Shown: piece after piece, positions 1 to 13,630 of the stretch
Position numbering within the stretch: position 1 is the stretch's first letter
How the letters are laid out: every line of letters starts with the position of its first letter
Assembly (NCBI RefSeq): GCF_035084215.1
Contig: NC_090353.1
Location: forward strand, 31,868,001 to 31,932,000
DNA length: 64,000 nt
Direction of reading: 5' to 3'
DNA from: Heptranchias perlo
Lineage: Eukaryota
Translations under genes and position numbers: made by a program
Notes under the pieces: generated by a model
Database searches by the model: none
Seen by the model: only the letters and a program-made list of their open reading frames with translations
Told to the model about the DNA's origin: nothing

Positions 1-1024
1 AATTAAAGTCGCTTCTCCATCCAAAAAGACATTGGCATTTACAAAGTTTAATCGATTAACAAAAAAAAACTACACAGGAAAAAAAAAGGAAAATTGGCAT
101 TGGTGTTACAAAGTTTGTTCCAGTTATAACAGGTTCTACAACACAATACAAGTAAAACAATGTCAGGGGCTGGAAATAGGAACAGAAAATGCTGGAAATA
201 CACAGCAGGCCAATCAGCATCTGAAAAAACGAAGAGAGACAGGCCAAAATGTCAGTCAGATGCTGACTGACCCGCCGTGTGGATCTAATAATATCGAGTT
301 GCGATACATATTTTGTGATTAATGCGTGCCCAGCAACAATGCGGACTAATTCACCTTGACTGTCCGTATCTTTGGAAAGCCAGTCTGGATATATCTGTGA
401 ATATTAGTATCATGAGACTGTCACGTTTCAAAAATGATGGTCAAAGACAATAAAGTTGTGCTTTGGCTATAAAGGAAACTGTGCTACACACACTGGCTCA
501 GCAGCACCAGACACGTGGTGCGGAATGGACTAGCCCCGGTGCTTCTCAATCCAGTGCTGCTTCCTCACAGGGAAGAGGGGGAGAAACTGGAAAGAGAATT
601 AACTCAGCTAACGTCGTGGGAATTGGACAGCTGCCTGCCTACTTGTCTGAAGGATTCTGTGACCAGAGGGGAAGAGCAGAAAATGACATCATTGCAATAA
701 TTAATTACTTTAAACACAAGAGTACACAATAGTCAGTTTCATGGGGCATTTGTGGACTGATCTGTAGGACGTAAAGTGACACTTTAACCAGCTGCTCTCC
801 CCTACTCAGTTTTGAGCACGACTATACTCGCTATTTTAAACTATGTGGGGATTTGAACCTAAAAATGACTGCTTCTGGTATTAGTGAACAAACACGCAAT
901 GCATTGGCAGGTGTTACTTTGGCCCCTATTTTAGCAGAGGATCAAACCCAATTATGGGAAATGGGTTAGGGACGTCATTAAAACAGCAGACAAAAGCAGA
1001 GTGATCCGGACATCTTAAAAGCAC

Positions 1025-1440
1025 TTGTACCTCTGGGCCCCGGGTTTAAATCCAGCTCAGAAAGATGGGATTAAAGATTTCCTCTGTTGGCTGTAAAGGG
1101 TCCTGTGTGGAATGAGCTTGGGCCGTCTCAGTCCAGTTCCTAGTACATACAATAGGCCCACTGCACCAAACTATCCCTAATTTGGCACCGGCAAGCGATT
1201 TCACTCAAGAGAGGTCACAGGGATGGCTTGTGTGTGAAATGGGAAAAACAATGTCACACTGGTGCACTACGGGGGTGCTCCTCTATAGCAGGGGGCTGGG
1301 GCTCGTTGTTGGGGGGGGACAGATTAGAGGGCGCTTTACTCTGCGTCTGGCTGCGGCCTACCCGACTTGGAAGTGCTTGATGCTGCCACTGGATGCTTGA
1401 AATGGGAAGAGTTCCATCCTTCAGAACTAACATCCCTCCC
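1025..1440 (+). mobile_element. Ancient SINE-like repeat (AmnSINE2-like core); inverted copy at ~6635-6960
   Basis: tgtgtggaatgagcttgggccgtctcagtccagttcctagt...tgtcacactggtgca...actggatgcttgaaatggg has a diverged reverse-complement match at 6635-6960. Family name is from recall. Confidence 0.5.
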
Positions 1441-3546
1441 CTTGAGCACAAAAAAAAATTAAGAAAAAAAAAATCAGTACATGACGACAAATAATTATGA
1501 GGCTTTTGGTCCCTTAAAAATAGTTATGAAAGAAATAAATGCTATTTTGTATTTTCAAAATTCCCGCACCCATTGCTGTTTTCTTTCTATACGATATAAC
1601 TTTATGCTGCATTTAACAGCTTGGTGTACTACACCGTGGCCTGAACCAACAGCTACCCGTTCATACAGGACAGCTTTCTACGAAATGGATTAAAAGAAGC
1701 ACTGCCAGTTTTCTTCCCTCAACCTACATTTTGAGAGGGAGCTGTTTTCCAAGAACTTTTTTTTTTTAAAATGGCAGCGGCAGTATTTTTGGTTTGAATT
1801 CAATTTCTTTCCCCCACGTTTTTTTTTTGAAACATCAATTTTCCTGCAGCGCAAAACAATCAAACCCAACCCTAAGCTTAAGCAAAGACAGACTACAAGC
1901 TCATTTTGGCCATCGCGTAAAATTCAAAGTAACATCGGCTCTTTGGTACGCTGCTCTAACTGTGCGCATTTTAATATAACTCCCGACTTAAGTTGAAATA
2001 TCTAGTTTCTCGTGGATCGGAGAGATAAGTTACTTGTCCTGTCCAGGGCTGTAATCTTGGAACCACTCTAAGCAAGTCTATTAATCATACCTTTTAAGAA
2101 TGGCTTCGCTGTCTCTAAAAATGCAACACAGCCATTCTCCTTCCAACAAAAAAAACCTTTTACTAAACCATTAAACAAAATGGATGGCATTCAATTGTAT
2201 CTTTTTTGTTGTTGTTGCTTAAAGGGCATATAAAAAGCTTCACAGTCCCGACAAGCTGGCAATATGTACAAGCATGGCACGTTGGCCTGAATTCAACTCC
2301 CTTAAGCCAACAGAGATCTGAGCCTTTAGTCATGCTCTTATTGCATAGCTGATGCCCACACACTGGAGGATCCTTACCATCTGTAGATTTTAAATGCAGC
2401 GTTTACATTTTAAAACCTGCCGCCCAACGGCAAACCGACGGTTCTCTCACCGCCGCCTGAAGTTAGTCGCCTAAACTCGCTGACTTGCCACGTTCGGCAG
2501 CAGCCGAGGTACACTTGTCGTTTTTTTAATTTGCGTGGGGGGGGGTCTCAGGAGTTGCCGCCAGATTCACCAGCTTTGCTTCTACTGGCGCCGGCGGAGA
2601 AGTGCGTTTGTCCAACTCTTTCTTCCCACGGAAGCTTTGCGGTGTACAGAAGCGGTTAGGACTGCGAGTGCAAAAGGTTAAGTAGCATTCAGTGTTAAAC
2701 AATAACCAAAGACACCAGGTTAATTGCTCCCCTGCCTGGTTTAAACGAGCGCTGATACACGACAACTGTGTTTAAAAATTAACGTTCCAGTGAGCGGTTA
2801 GCAGAGACTGTCTAAGTAAAAAGGTGCTATTAACATGATAGTCGGGCACAGGGGAGGGGGTTGCAGTGTGCTGTGGGTCCCTATCGTCCTGTTGTTGGGA
2901 GGATCAATGGACCACATTTTACCCTGCCTCTGAGGGCTGCACTCAGGACCCACGATACATGGGGTTCTGGGTGCCGCTGGAGGAAAGATGGTCTCATTTT
3001 TCGTAGAGTACTTGGTGCCTGCCGGCCATGGCACATTTATGTAACGTTCACCATATCAATGTTGTATGTAAATAAGCTTATCCGCTTAATGTGGTTTTAA
3101 GAGCAATCATTCCACTAAGTATCTAAATAGCAACAATGTCAAGGTAAACACTTTCATTACAGCAAATTAACTATGTACGTTTTTAAAGTTTGCAAGCCCG
3201 ACTTGCTCCGAAGCAGAGCTTTGTGAAAAAACGATTATTCCAGGCGATCTTTAATTCATAACCCGGAACTTCTTTCGGAATGATTCGCAGGAAATGATAC
3301 AGAAATCACAATAACGCTGAAGTAAAATTTCCCCAAAAGCGAAGAGTTTCAGCAGCTTCTGCTGCACGTACAACGAAGAGTTTGGGTGTGCTGGAATTAT
3401 TACCTGTCCAGTTGCGCACACACAAAATTGTACAAATATATTCAGTCATTGGAAAGTAATTAGCAAGTGAGAGGAAGATTGAAGCTTCTGATAACTGCAC
3501 GACAGATAACACGTCACATTCACCGTATGTCCTTCACGTGCTTTTA

Positions 3547-3550
3547 TTAT
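3547..3550 (-). CDS. FAM174C: FAM174C-like terminal exon start: last base of the Arg codon plus TAA, then a long 3' UTR toward the window start
   Basis: Minus strand reads ctttcttttatttatttttgtttgcag|A TAA: a strong polypyrimidine tract and CAG that complete AG+A = Arg, then stop. Total CDS 269+123+4 = 396 nt = 131 aa plus stop. Confidence 0.65.
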
Positions 3551-6500
3551 CTGCAAACAAAAATAAATAAAAGAAAGTTAATAATGTAATAAACTCAATC
3601 TACCATTTTGCGATCTCTGGTTAAGTGGCTGCAGCTTGCCTAACAAAACCAGATTCAGATTCTAAGAGTTTGGACCATACGAAAAGGGACAAGATTAGAC
3701 AGTTATTGTACAGATACTGACGCAGAGCGGCAGATCAGAATCATACTGCCGACTCCGTGCCATTTAACTGGTCAGAGAAAACAGCTCGTGTATGAATGCA
3801 AGCAGGGACAGAGCCCGATCACAGCACAATGGACTCGCTAACATTATAAAAAGGTGAAAATGAAGTTCAGTTAAGTACCCAGGTTGACTGTTGGGCCTTC
3901 TGGCAAATTGTTAAAAGTTTGCGTTGCACTGGTTGCAGCTATACAGCAGTCAGTGCAGAGCTGAACTGGTGCGAAAGACGATCTCCTCGAGTTTGTTCTC
4001 ACACCCCTCGCCTACATTAGACTTGGGAAACTTGGCACCAGAGACATGCTCATCATCAATCTGGAGTCAAAACCAATAAAACATGCAGTACAACTGGCTG
4101 ATTGCATTTCCCAAAAAACTGGCATGTCTTTTCACTCCGAAATCTAATCTGTTTGAATAAAATGAAAATACGCTAAGCAATGGAACGTTTTTAAGGATCT
4201 ATTGTAGGGGTGCAAGAGAAATGCATACAGTATAGAAGGTTAGTGTACAAACACTTAATTGATTGAACAGGGAGGTTAAAATTGCATGAGAAAAACAATT
4301 AAGATTTAAGCAAGACAAAATATATAAAAAGGGAGGAAGGAATCTGGGATGAAAAGGAGGGAAAACTGCCAGGAATGTTTAAGAGTTTGTATGAGCATTC
4401 AGTAAAATATATTCCATTTTAAAGCTGTTGGTCCCGGCATTAAATGTTCAGTGAAGAGACATTATTTAAAGTGAAGTCGGGGCAATTTCACTTAGGAATA
4501 AAAAAAAAATCAAAAATACTGGGCATACGCAACCTCTGAAAAGAGAAACTGTTAATGTTTTGGGTGTACACCATAAACATGAACCCAGCCTCTCCCTATC
4601 CAGAAGCTCACTGACTCGTGTACTTCCAATTTCTTCTCCTTTTTATCTGTACTGCTATTTAGCCCAGTTGCTACTGGAGACCTGTATCAATGTCACTTCA
4701 ACACGGTGGTGGCTTCTGTCAAGGACCCACTCGTATAATGCAGGGTTGGGGCCAACTCGTCAGCAGAAGTGTTCTCCATGTAGCGCAACAAGTGGATGTT
4801 TGTGGCTGGAGACTGTCCTGTTCTCCTTGCTGAAACAGAAAATGTGTTGCAAAGCAGTAGAAGGGAAAGAAAAGAGCAAAGATTGATGAAAAAAAAACTC
4901 AGTAATTAATTTTATGCCACATTTGCAACAGCTTTGTGGTTCTAGGTCACAGTGACTGAGACTCTGTCCCTGGATGGTAAACAGTAACCTATGCTGAACC
5001 ACTAAAATCAATATCCAGGAATGAGACGGATGTGGGTCCTCGCTGGGTTCAGTAGCAACCGGCTGGAGACAGACCTGTCGGAAAAGGTCTGCTCAGGTGC
5101 AAGTATCCAAGTGGGAAATCTGACATGGTTTGATTTCCTGGGGAACAGAGGGCATCTCATTTAGACAGTGAGGAAAAGGAAGTTATCTGTGACTTTATAT
5201 TCCCCAGCTTCACCTGTGGATACGTTAGATAACAGTACTTTCCCCCACTTCAGTGTCATTCTTCTTTAATTTACCCAGTGTATTAAGGTTTTTAAATTAC
5301 ATTCTCTAGTATTATACTTCACCTCTTAACATTTATATTATTTTAATTGGGTTTGACCATCAGCGCCCATTATCACTGTACATTTTAAATACAGTATATG
5401 ATTTTGTTTAAACAGCAGGAAATGACACTATCAAGGGAGCTCAGTAATCCAGCCATAGAGCTCTCCACGTGGACCAGCCAAGAGCCTCCCACTCCTTTCC
5501 ACTCCCCGCCACCCCTCTCACCGCACAGACGAGCACTATTCAAATTACAAACCTGCCCGCAGGAACTGATCTACTGGATTTTGAATTTAATCAAACAGAT
5601 AGCGCTGCCAACTCTCTCACAAGAGTGCATGTGACTGATGAACAAGTCCCATGTGCAGATGGAACGGCAGAAACATTTTCTGGGACAGGTTGCAATCAGA
5701 TTTTGAATGAACGTTCTTAGATTCCGATTCAAATTATACCATCTTCATGCATTGCGCAGTGTAAAACCAGGAGGGTCCTGGGGTTCGATCGCAGAGCTGT
5801 GCTGAATCAGCCAGGGCAATGGTCGGGGCACTACAATTTTCCTCAGCACCCCTGAGCTTGGGGGGGGTGGGGGGTGACAGAATTGAGCTCAGCTGTCTTA
5901 CCTTCACACAATCCAACAGACTGCCCACACTTGCTGCCTAGGTTCATGTATGGACACTTGAAAAGGTAATAGGAAAGAAAGACTTGCATTTATATAGCAC
6001 TTTGCACAACCTCAAGGTGTCCCAAAGCGCTTTACAGCCAATTAAGCACTTTCCAAGTACTGACTCCTTACTTCATGAACCTCTTCTCTCCTACTCTTTG
6101 TAACCTTGATACCACTCTAGATCATTGGCCTGACCCTTCACCCAGGTCTCACCATAAATCAAAAGTCAAGCTTCCCTGCTGTCTGTTATTTTTTCTCTCT
6201 CAACAATACAACACTCTAAAGCCACAGAAGAATTTCCTTCTGAATTGCATGCCGGCATATTTACAGCAGGGCCAGTTGAGGAATTGAGAAAAGGGACTGC
6301 ATTAATGGCGGCTGACAGAAGCTGGTAACAAGGGGGAGGAGGTAGTTCAGAGGATTGCGGGAAGAAGGATGGGAACACCTATGAAAACTCACAGCGAAGC
6401 GGTGGAGAGAGTGTCTCGAAGCATTTGTAGTGGCTGGAAAGTCAGCAAGATTGTGAGGCGGTGTAGTTAATGCTCCTGTGAAGATTGAAAGAGAAAGCAG

Positions 6501-8021
6501 GAGAACAGCATGTCAGCTCACTGTAATTAAAGCAGACTCACCCTTTTATCTAAATGTTAAGCTAAGCACCGATACAATTTCGCTGTGACTCTGTGCTCAA
6601 CTGTGTGAGGGGAGATTAATACTTGTAAACAGAACCCTTTCCATTTCAGGCATCCAGTGTCAGCAAAAACTTTTCAGGTCAGGTACAGGAATATCGGATG
6701 GACCATAAAGCTCCCTCTATTCTATCCCAACCCTAAGTGTACCCCTAATTGCACCAGTGTGACATATTTCCGTTCCTCACACTAGATGTCCTATAGCCTC
6801 TTCAAGAGAGATTTCCCCTTAAGTCAAAATCCAGGGGCAGAGTTGTGCTGTGGGTCACTGCCCACTAGGAACTGGGCTGAAGCTGCCAAACTCATTTCAC
6901 AAAAGGCTCCTACAGCCAGGAGAGATTATCATCCCATGATTCTGGACTGGAATTAAGCTTTGTCATTTATAATATGAAAACTTTTAAAAATCAATCTGTG
7001 CGTACCTCTGTAATTTTTGCATAGAAGTGCCTGTAAGTCAATTTATCACATCCATGCACACAGGAGGCTACAAGGGCAGGTGTAGTGTGGCATCACCAAC
7101 ACTCTCAACCAGGGAAATTTTAACTCCCCCCTCCCCCACCCCCCATAAAGTATAAAATACATCACAAAAGTATTGCAGACAGATATATGCATCTGAACAG
7201 ATTTTAAATACCCTCTGAAAGTGGGACAAACTGTTCAGTGTGTCAAAAGTCAATATTTTTAACACTTTCAAAGATGAGGTCAGATGATTAGTTCGGATGA
7301 TAAGGGCCTTTCGGCCCATTTGATCTCATCCTTCTAGAACGTCAACACCATCGTTTCAGCATCTGTTTCTTAAATGAGTCTAATGTCCTGGCCTCTGGCA
7401 CCCACCCTGGAAACCTGTTGATCAAGGTGTAAAGAAACACCTGGTGGCATTCATCTTAAACTGTTCCCTTCACAACCCTGAACCCGTGCACTCTTGTCCT
7501 GCTGCCATGGCAAATCTGAAAGTATTGTTCTGGGTTTAACTGTCTCTTGTCCCATTAAGTATCTTGTATACATAGCTACGGTCCCCTCGGAATTGTCACT
7601 GGTAAAGAGTCTTAGCTCATTGCAACTCAATCCCTCTCACATCACAGATCAGCCTCAATACTCTCCTCTGCATCTACTCTAGAGCCTGGATGGCCACTTG
7701 TGTCACAGCGAGCAGAACTGAACACAGTAACCCAAATGAAGCAGTACAATAAGAACACTACAAATGCTCCAAAATGAAAGGAGGAGGTGAGTTTACGAGA
7801 CTTTGTATTTGTTCAAAAAAAAAAGTTGCTGTCTCTCACCATCTTTATAATCTTGCTTGATATGTGCAGCATTAGGAGTGTTTAGAGATGAGAACACTTT
7901 GAAGAAAGCACACACTGCACAAGTATTTGAAGGGTCAACCCTACAGGGGCTGGGCAGACCATAAACATATTACAAACACAGCGGGTGAGGACTGAGCACT
8001 GCGCGCCCCCACAATCCTCAC

Positions 8022-8144
8022 CTCCTAATGCTCTTCGCTTCGAATAAAGTTGTATCGTCATCGTCAGTATCCATCGGAGCCATCTCCACATGGTCGTCGT
8101 ATGAAGAAAGCAGGCCGTACTTCTTTCTTTGAGTCTTCTTTAAT
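8022..8144 (-). CDS. FAM174C: FAM174C-like coding exon 2 (cytoplasmic tail)
   Basis: Acceptor tcttag|A at 8145/8144. Reads (R)LKKTQRKKYGLLSSYDDHVEMAPMDTDDDDTTLFEAKSIR, matching the FAM174 tail (human FAM174C as recalled: RLKKPQRRRYGLL...EMASLDSDEETVFE). Donor AG|GTGAGG at 8022/8021. This frame is absent from the ORF track. Confidence 0.88.
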
Positions 8145-9025
8145 CTAAGAGGTAAGGTTTTTAAAAGTTATGAATGAAGTGACATCACTGGCTTTCTGCT
8201 CTGAGATGACATTGGACAGGATATCCTGTGATGGAATTTTTCACTTTTTTTTTGCAGATGGATACTGAAATCTGTTAGGATTCATTTGGGTATTTTTGCT
8301 TTAATAGAATATATACACATACAAAGCAATGTCGGTATTGCTGTAACATCAATACCATCTACAAATGTAATGAGTAAGAATGTGTCATTTAGTCACATTT
8401 ATTCCAAGCTCCATATCACTCTTACTCCTCTTGGGGATTGAAATCAACACATCACACCGTATCCTTTTCTTTCCCAGGAATTTCTTAGCTTCTTTCATTT
8501 TCCCTACTTCCTGCAATCAGCCATGTCTCAGTGGGTAGTAATCTCACCTCTTAGTCAGAATGTTGTGGGTTCAAGCCCCACTCCAGAGACTTGAGCACAA
8601 AATCTGGGTTGACACTTCAATGCAGTGCTGAGGGAGTGCTGTACTGTTGGAGATGCCGTCTTTCGGATAAAACGTTAAACCGAAGACCCGTGGCACTATT
8701 TCAAAGGGAGTTTTCCTCAGTGTCCTGGCCAATATTGATCCCTCAACCAAATAAATTTGATTATCGGGTCATTATTACATTGCTGTTTGTGGGACCTTGC
8801 TGTGCGCAAATTGGCTACAGTGTTTCCTACATTACAACAGCGACTACACTTCGAAAGTACTTCACTGTGGGCTTGGATTTTGGGACCTGAGATTGTGAAA
8901 GGCACTATATAAATGCAAGTCAGTCTTTCTTTTTACATGATGTGGAGATGCCGGTGATGGACTGGGGTTGACAATTGTAAACAATTTTACAACACCAAGT
9001 TATAGTCCAGCAATTTTATTTTAAA

Positions 9026-9063
9026 TTCACAAGCTTTCGGAGGCTTCCTCCTTCGTCAGGTGA
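9026..9063 (-). ncRNA. Minimal hammerhead ribozyme motif, mirror copy (sense in FAM174C pre-mRNA)
   Basis: Reverse complement reads TCAC-CTGACGA-A-GGAGGAAGCCTCC-GAAAGCTT-GTGAA. Confidence 0.72.
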
Positions 9064-9078
9064 CATAATGTCACATCG

Positions 9079-9117
9079 TTCACCTGACGAAGGAGGAAGC
9101 CTCCGAAAGCTTGTGAA
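9079..9117 (+). ncRNA. Minimal type I hammerhead ribozyme motif (Penelope type)
   Basis: TTCAC-CTGACGA-A-GGAGG(AAG)CCTCC-GAAA-GC-TT-GTGAA: CUGANGA and GAAA cores, helix II, helix I TTCAC/GTGAA, and palindromic AGCT in place of helix III. Confidence 0.75.
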
Positions 9118-10816
9118 TTTAAAATAAAATTGCTGGACTATAACTTGGTGTTGTAAAATTGTTTACAATTTCTTTTTACAGGCTTTTTAAACTTAGGCAT
9201 ACCATCACCCAACCACTTAATCTATCTTTCTGTTCTTTCCTAGGCTTTTCAAACATAGTGCTGTCCCACACTATGGGTCTTGGCCTCTCACACTCGTTTC
9301 TCAAGTTAAAAAACCCCGAGAGATGCCAGCAGTTTGAGATAAGAGTACCAGATGGCAATGTAACGCATGACCGGTAACATTATGCTACCTCCGTCTCCCT
9401 GTCTCGCCCTGATAGAGCAGCAACAGAAGTCTTGGCAATAGATCCAGTGTGCTGCATTACCTTCTTTTGCTAAATGCAATGCTAATGGCGTGGACTGCAG
9501 GTTAAAACGCAGATGTTAAACAGGTTATTTAAGTGCTTCAATTGCCTCATTAGGGGCTTCAACACTTGGGGTTACTTAAGCCAAATGGGCTCTTAATTCA
9601 TTTTTAAACGCTTTCACAAGGCAATATAACAAATTGAATAGAAATGCATTGTTAGACAAGGTAAATTAAGGCAGTTCCTCTCAATTACTAAAAAAATGCA
9701 ACACAAAGTTAAAGTGATGATAGCTCTTTCAAAGGTCCGGCACAGGCACAATGGGCCGAGCGGCCTCCTTCTGTGCTGTAACATTCTATGATAGTAAAAT
9801 CTGATATAAAAAAAAATTGTTTAAGATGTTGTGAGTTACTAGGCCAGTGAAGGCCTACTTTTCTTTTACTATAAATAAACAAGCTGTAATGCCCCAGTCC
9901 ATTGTAATAGTAATTGATGTCTGTTCTTATTTTCTCCATAGCTGACACAGCCACCTCTTAAAAACAATGGGGCAAGAATGTCTGTTATTCTTACTTGTTC
10001 CACAGGGGGTGCTGTAAGCTCCCTCAGCCTGTTACAACAACGCAGCTAAAAGACATACCATTTCCTGACTAACCATGAGCAAGTCCATGAATCATGAGCT
10101 TCACTAGTGTTATAAAAGTTCTAAGAAACATCAGTTACTCTTCAGGTGTCACACATGCAAACTTCTGCAAATCAATTCAATAGGAACTTCCTTACCCAGA
10201 GAGTGGAGAGAATTTGGAATTCGCTACCACAAGCAGAAGTTGAGGCGAATAGCATAGATGCCTGTAAGGGGAAGCTAGATAAACACATGAGGGAGAAACG
10301 AATAGAAGATTATGCTGATAGGGTGAGATGAAGAAGCATGGGAGGAGACTTGTGTGGTGCACAAACACCTGTTTCTGTGCTGTAAGTTCTATGTAATTCT
10401 ATATATAAAGCTGTGTGTCACTTTCAAAGAGTAAATTAAAAATAATCTTCAATGTACAGAAAAGCAGCCCAATTATACCTTCTAATTGAGGAGTCTTACT
10501 TAAAAGTATTAAGTAAAAAAAAGTCTGATCTCAAATTGACCAGATCAAAACAAACAGCCTCTAACTGATCCAGGAAGGTGCAAAGATTACACCTTGTGGC
10601 CTTAAAAGGGTTGCATGAGGATGATTTCACAATGCAGCTACTGGTCTTGCTCCAGATTCCAGCCAGGCGAGTCCCATTTACATTGCTTCGCTCCTGGCTG
10701 GCTGTAGCTTTAACTGTCCTGTTTAGGAGGGAGCGCTGGACGTGCCTGGGGCTGCAGTGTCTCCCAAAAGTTAGAAATTTGAACGTCTAGAGTTCTTTCA
10801 CGGTCAGGTAGGTTTA

Positions 10817-11145
10817 CAATAACAACTTGCATTTATATAGCGCCTTTAACGTCGTAAAACATCCCAAGGTGCTTCACAGGAGCGCTATCAGACAAAATTT
10901 GACACTGAGCCACATAAGGAGATATTAGGACAGGTGACCAAAAGTTTGGTCAAAGAGGTAAGTTTGAAGGAGTGTCTTAAAGGAGGTGACAGAAGCAGAG
11001 AGGTTTAGGGAGGGAATTCCGGAGCTGAGGGCCTAGGCAGCTGAAGGCATGGCTGCCAACGGTGGAGCGATTAAATCAGGGTGTGCAAGAGGCCAGAATT
11101 GGAGGAGCGCAGAGATCTCGGAGAGTTGTAGGGCTGGAGGAGGAC
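10817..11145 (-). mobile_element. L2-clade LINE 3' end (similar copies at ~41162-41495, 46517-47050 and 47746-47985 on minus; 59805-60135 on plus)
   Basis: LQPYNSPRSLRSSNSGLL motif and the tail aaaggcgctatataaatgcaagttgtt shared among copies. Confidence 0.85.
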
Positions 11146-11532
11146 ATGAAGTGTCCAAGGAATCAAACTCTGCTTCCACCCCCTTAGCACTCCATGTTCT
11201 GTCAAACCAACACTAAGGAGTCTCACACCACTTCTCTCCGGATCCAGGTCAGGGCGGCTTTGCACTGATACCAAACTTTCAGCGTAAATGTATGCAGAGT
11301 TACATGCCAGCTGCACTTTAGCGGTACAGTAACACATTGTGCTTCAGGTGATATAATGTTCCTGTCCTTATAAAATAGCACACTGTCCAAACTAAGAGCA
11401 GTAGTGAGGGAGATCCACTAGTATTTCAGTAAAAGGCTGCACTGGTGCGTTTCCCAGCTCAACAATTTAGATATAACATATCAAATTAGAGACCCAAAGT
11501 TCTTGTGATAGCCTCAGGAGGTAATGGGCCCC

Positions 11533-11960
11533 TTGGTAGTGTAGTGGTTATGTGACTGGACTAGTAATCCAAAGGCCTGGACTAATACTCCAGAGAACGT
11601 GAGTTCAAATCCCACCATGACAATTTGAATTCAGTTTAAAAATAAATCTGGAAATAAAAAGCAGATATCGGTCAAAGTGACCATGAAGCAGACGGACTGT
11701 CGTAAAAACTCAACTAATTCACTAATGCCCGTTCACTTACCCAGTCTAGCCTAATGTGACTCCAATCCCACACACACCACAGTGTTTTACTCTTAACTTC
11801 CCTCTTTTGTGGCCCTCTGCAGCACTGTGGAAGCACCTTCACCACACGGACAGCTGCGGTTCAAGAAGGCGGCCAGCCAACACCTCCTCAAGGGGAGCCA
11901 GGATGGGCAATAAATGCCAGCCTTGCCAGCAATGCTCACATCCCGAGAATATGTGAACAA
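11533..11960 (+). mobile_element. Second tRNA-derived SINE family (also ~45365-45725; tails at ~38525-38725 and ~39700-39810)
   Basis: Head gtagtggttatg.actggactagtaatcc...gagttcaaatccc and tail gcggttcaagaaggcggc...gggcaataaatgc, repeated within the window. Confidence 0.7.
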
Positions 11961-12559
11961 AAAACAGAAGAGATGCCCAGCATGTGTTGAGTTAGCTGAC
12001 CTTTAGCCAAGAGTAGCAGCTGGCGCACTACAATTAGTCTCAGAGTCCATGGGCTAAGGATGAGAAGGGAGAGAAAAGAAAAAAAAAAAAAAATCGATTA
12101 GGGTTTCTACAGTGAATCTTGCGGGAAGGTCCATATTAGGACTTCAGGATCGAGCTTGGACGCGATGCCCACTGTGACTGAATAGCCAGCTGACACGAAC
12201 TGTCCCGGATCACCCGAAAAATGGCTACTTATAGTCAAGGTGAGCTGCTGCTGTCTATGGAAATGTTGTAAAGTGAGGAAAACTGAAGGAAGAAAAGAGA
12301 AGTTGGAGATCTGTACTGGGGGCACAAGTGTCTCTCTTTGATGGGACATTTCTTTTGGAGTGTAGATGCAGATGTGGATGTGTAGAGCAGCACAAGAGCA
12401 GGCTTCAGAGTTCACTTCCTGATTCAACCAAGGACTTTGAACAGAAGGGCGATCAGACAACTGTGGCCATTCACTCCCCCACACACTGCAAGTAGGCGTG
12501 TGATTATTTGTTTACTGCTGGCCAGATACACATGGGGAAATTCAGATTCTCAGGTGACC

Positions 12560-13630
12560 CTTCTCAGTAGTGGTGAACGGTTGTTTTTCGGACTGGAGGG
12601 AGGTGTACAGTGCTGTTCCCCAGGGATCGGTGCTGGGGCCACTGCTTTTCTTGATATATATTAATGACTTGTCACCTGCAATTTTAAAATTTGCAGGTGA
12701 CACGAAACTTGGAAGGGTAGTGAACAGTGAGGAGGATAGTGATAGACTTCAAGAGGAAATAGACAGGCTGGTGGCACGGGCGGACACGTAGCAGATGAAA
12801 TTTAACGCAGAAAAACGTGGTGATACATTTCGGTAGGAAGAACGAGGAGATAAAATATAAACCAGAGGGCACAATTCTAAAAGGGGTACAGGAGCAGAGA
12901 GATCTGGGGGCATATGTGCACAAATCGTTGAAGGTGGCAGGGCAGGTTGAGAAAGCTGTTAAAAAAGCATACAGGATCCTGGGCTTTATAAATAGAGGCA
13001 TTGAGCACAAAAGTAAGGAAGTCATGATGAACCTTTATAAAACACTGGTTCGGCCACAACTGGAGTATTGTGTCCAGTTCTGGGCACCGCACTTTAGGAA
13101 AGATGAGAAGGCCTTAGAGAGGGTGCAGATGAGATTTACTAGAATAATTCCAGGGATGAGGGACTTTAGTTTCGTGGATAGACTGAGGAAGCTGTGGTTG
13201 TTCTCCTTGGAACAGAGAAGGATGCGAGGAGATTTGATAGAGGTATTCAAAATCATGAAGGGTCTAGACAGAGCAGATAGAGAGAAACTGTTCCCATTGA
13301 TGGAAGGGTCAAGAGGGCATAGATTTAAGGTAATTGGCAAAAGAACCAAAGGTGACATGAGGAAAAACTTTTTTTTAAACACAGCGAATGGTTATGATCT
13401 GGAATGCACTGCTGGGGGCAGGTGGTGGAGGCAGATTCAATCATGGCCTTCAGAAGGGAACTGGATAAGTACTTGAAAGTAAATAATTTGCAGGGCTTTG
13501 GGGATAGGGCGGGGGGGGGGGGGGGGGGGGGGCGGTGGGACTGGCTGGATTGCTCTTGCATAGAACCGGCATGGTCTCAACGGGCCGAATGGCCTCCTTC
13601 CGTGCTGTAACCTTTCTATGATTCTATGAT
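12560..13630 (+). mobile_element. CR1-clade LINE, 5'-truncated ORF2 (RT) plus 3' UTR
   Basis: VPQGSVLGPLLFLIYINDL..KFAGDTKL and [19 protein letters not shown] motifs, an internal stop and frameshifts, and a ttctatgattctatga tail. Confidence 0.93.

Larger units (their letters stand above)
8938..9170. mobile_element. Penelope pLTR-only insertion in inverted (palindromic) arrangement
   Basis: 91-bp perfect arms at 8973-9063 and 9080-9170, homologous to the pLTR at ~19797-19885. Flanked by a duplicated tctttttaca (8928-8937 and 9171-9180). Confidence 0.88.

Noticed and set aside
8517-8590. tRNA genes at SINE heads (also ~34515, ~44420 and ~11535)
   Set aside because: A/B-box-like heads run straight into SINE bodies and tails, and no complete cloverleaf is evident.
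12817-13476. 219-aa ORF as a host gene
   Set aside because: It is the C-terminus of a CR1 ORF2, truncated and frameshifted.
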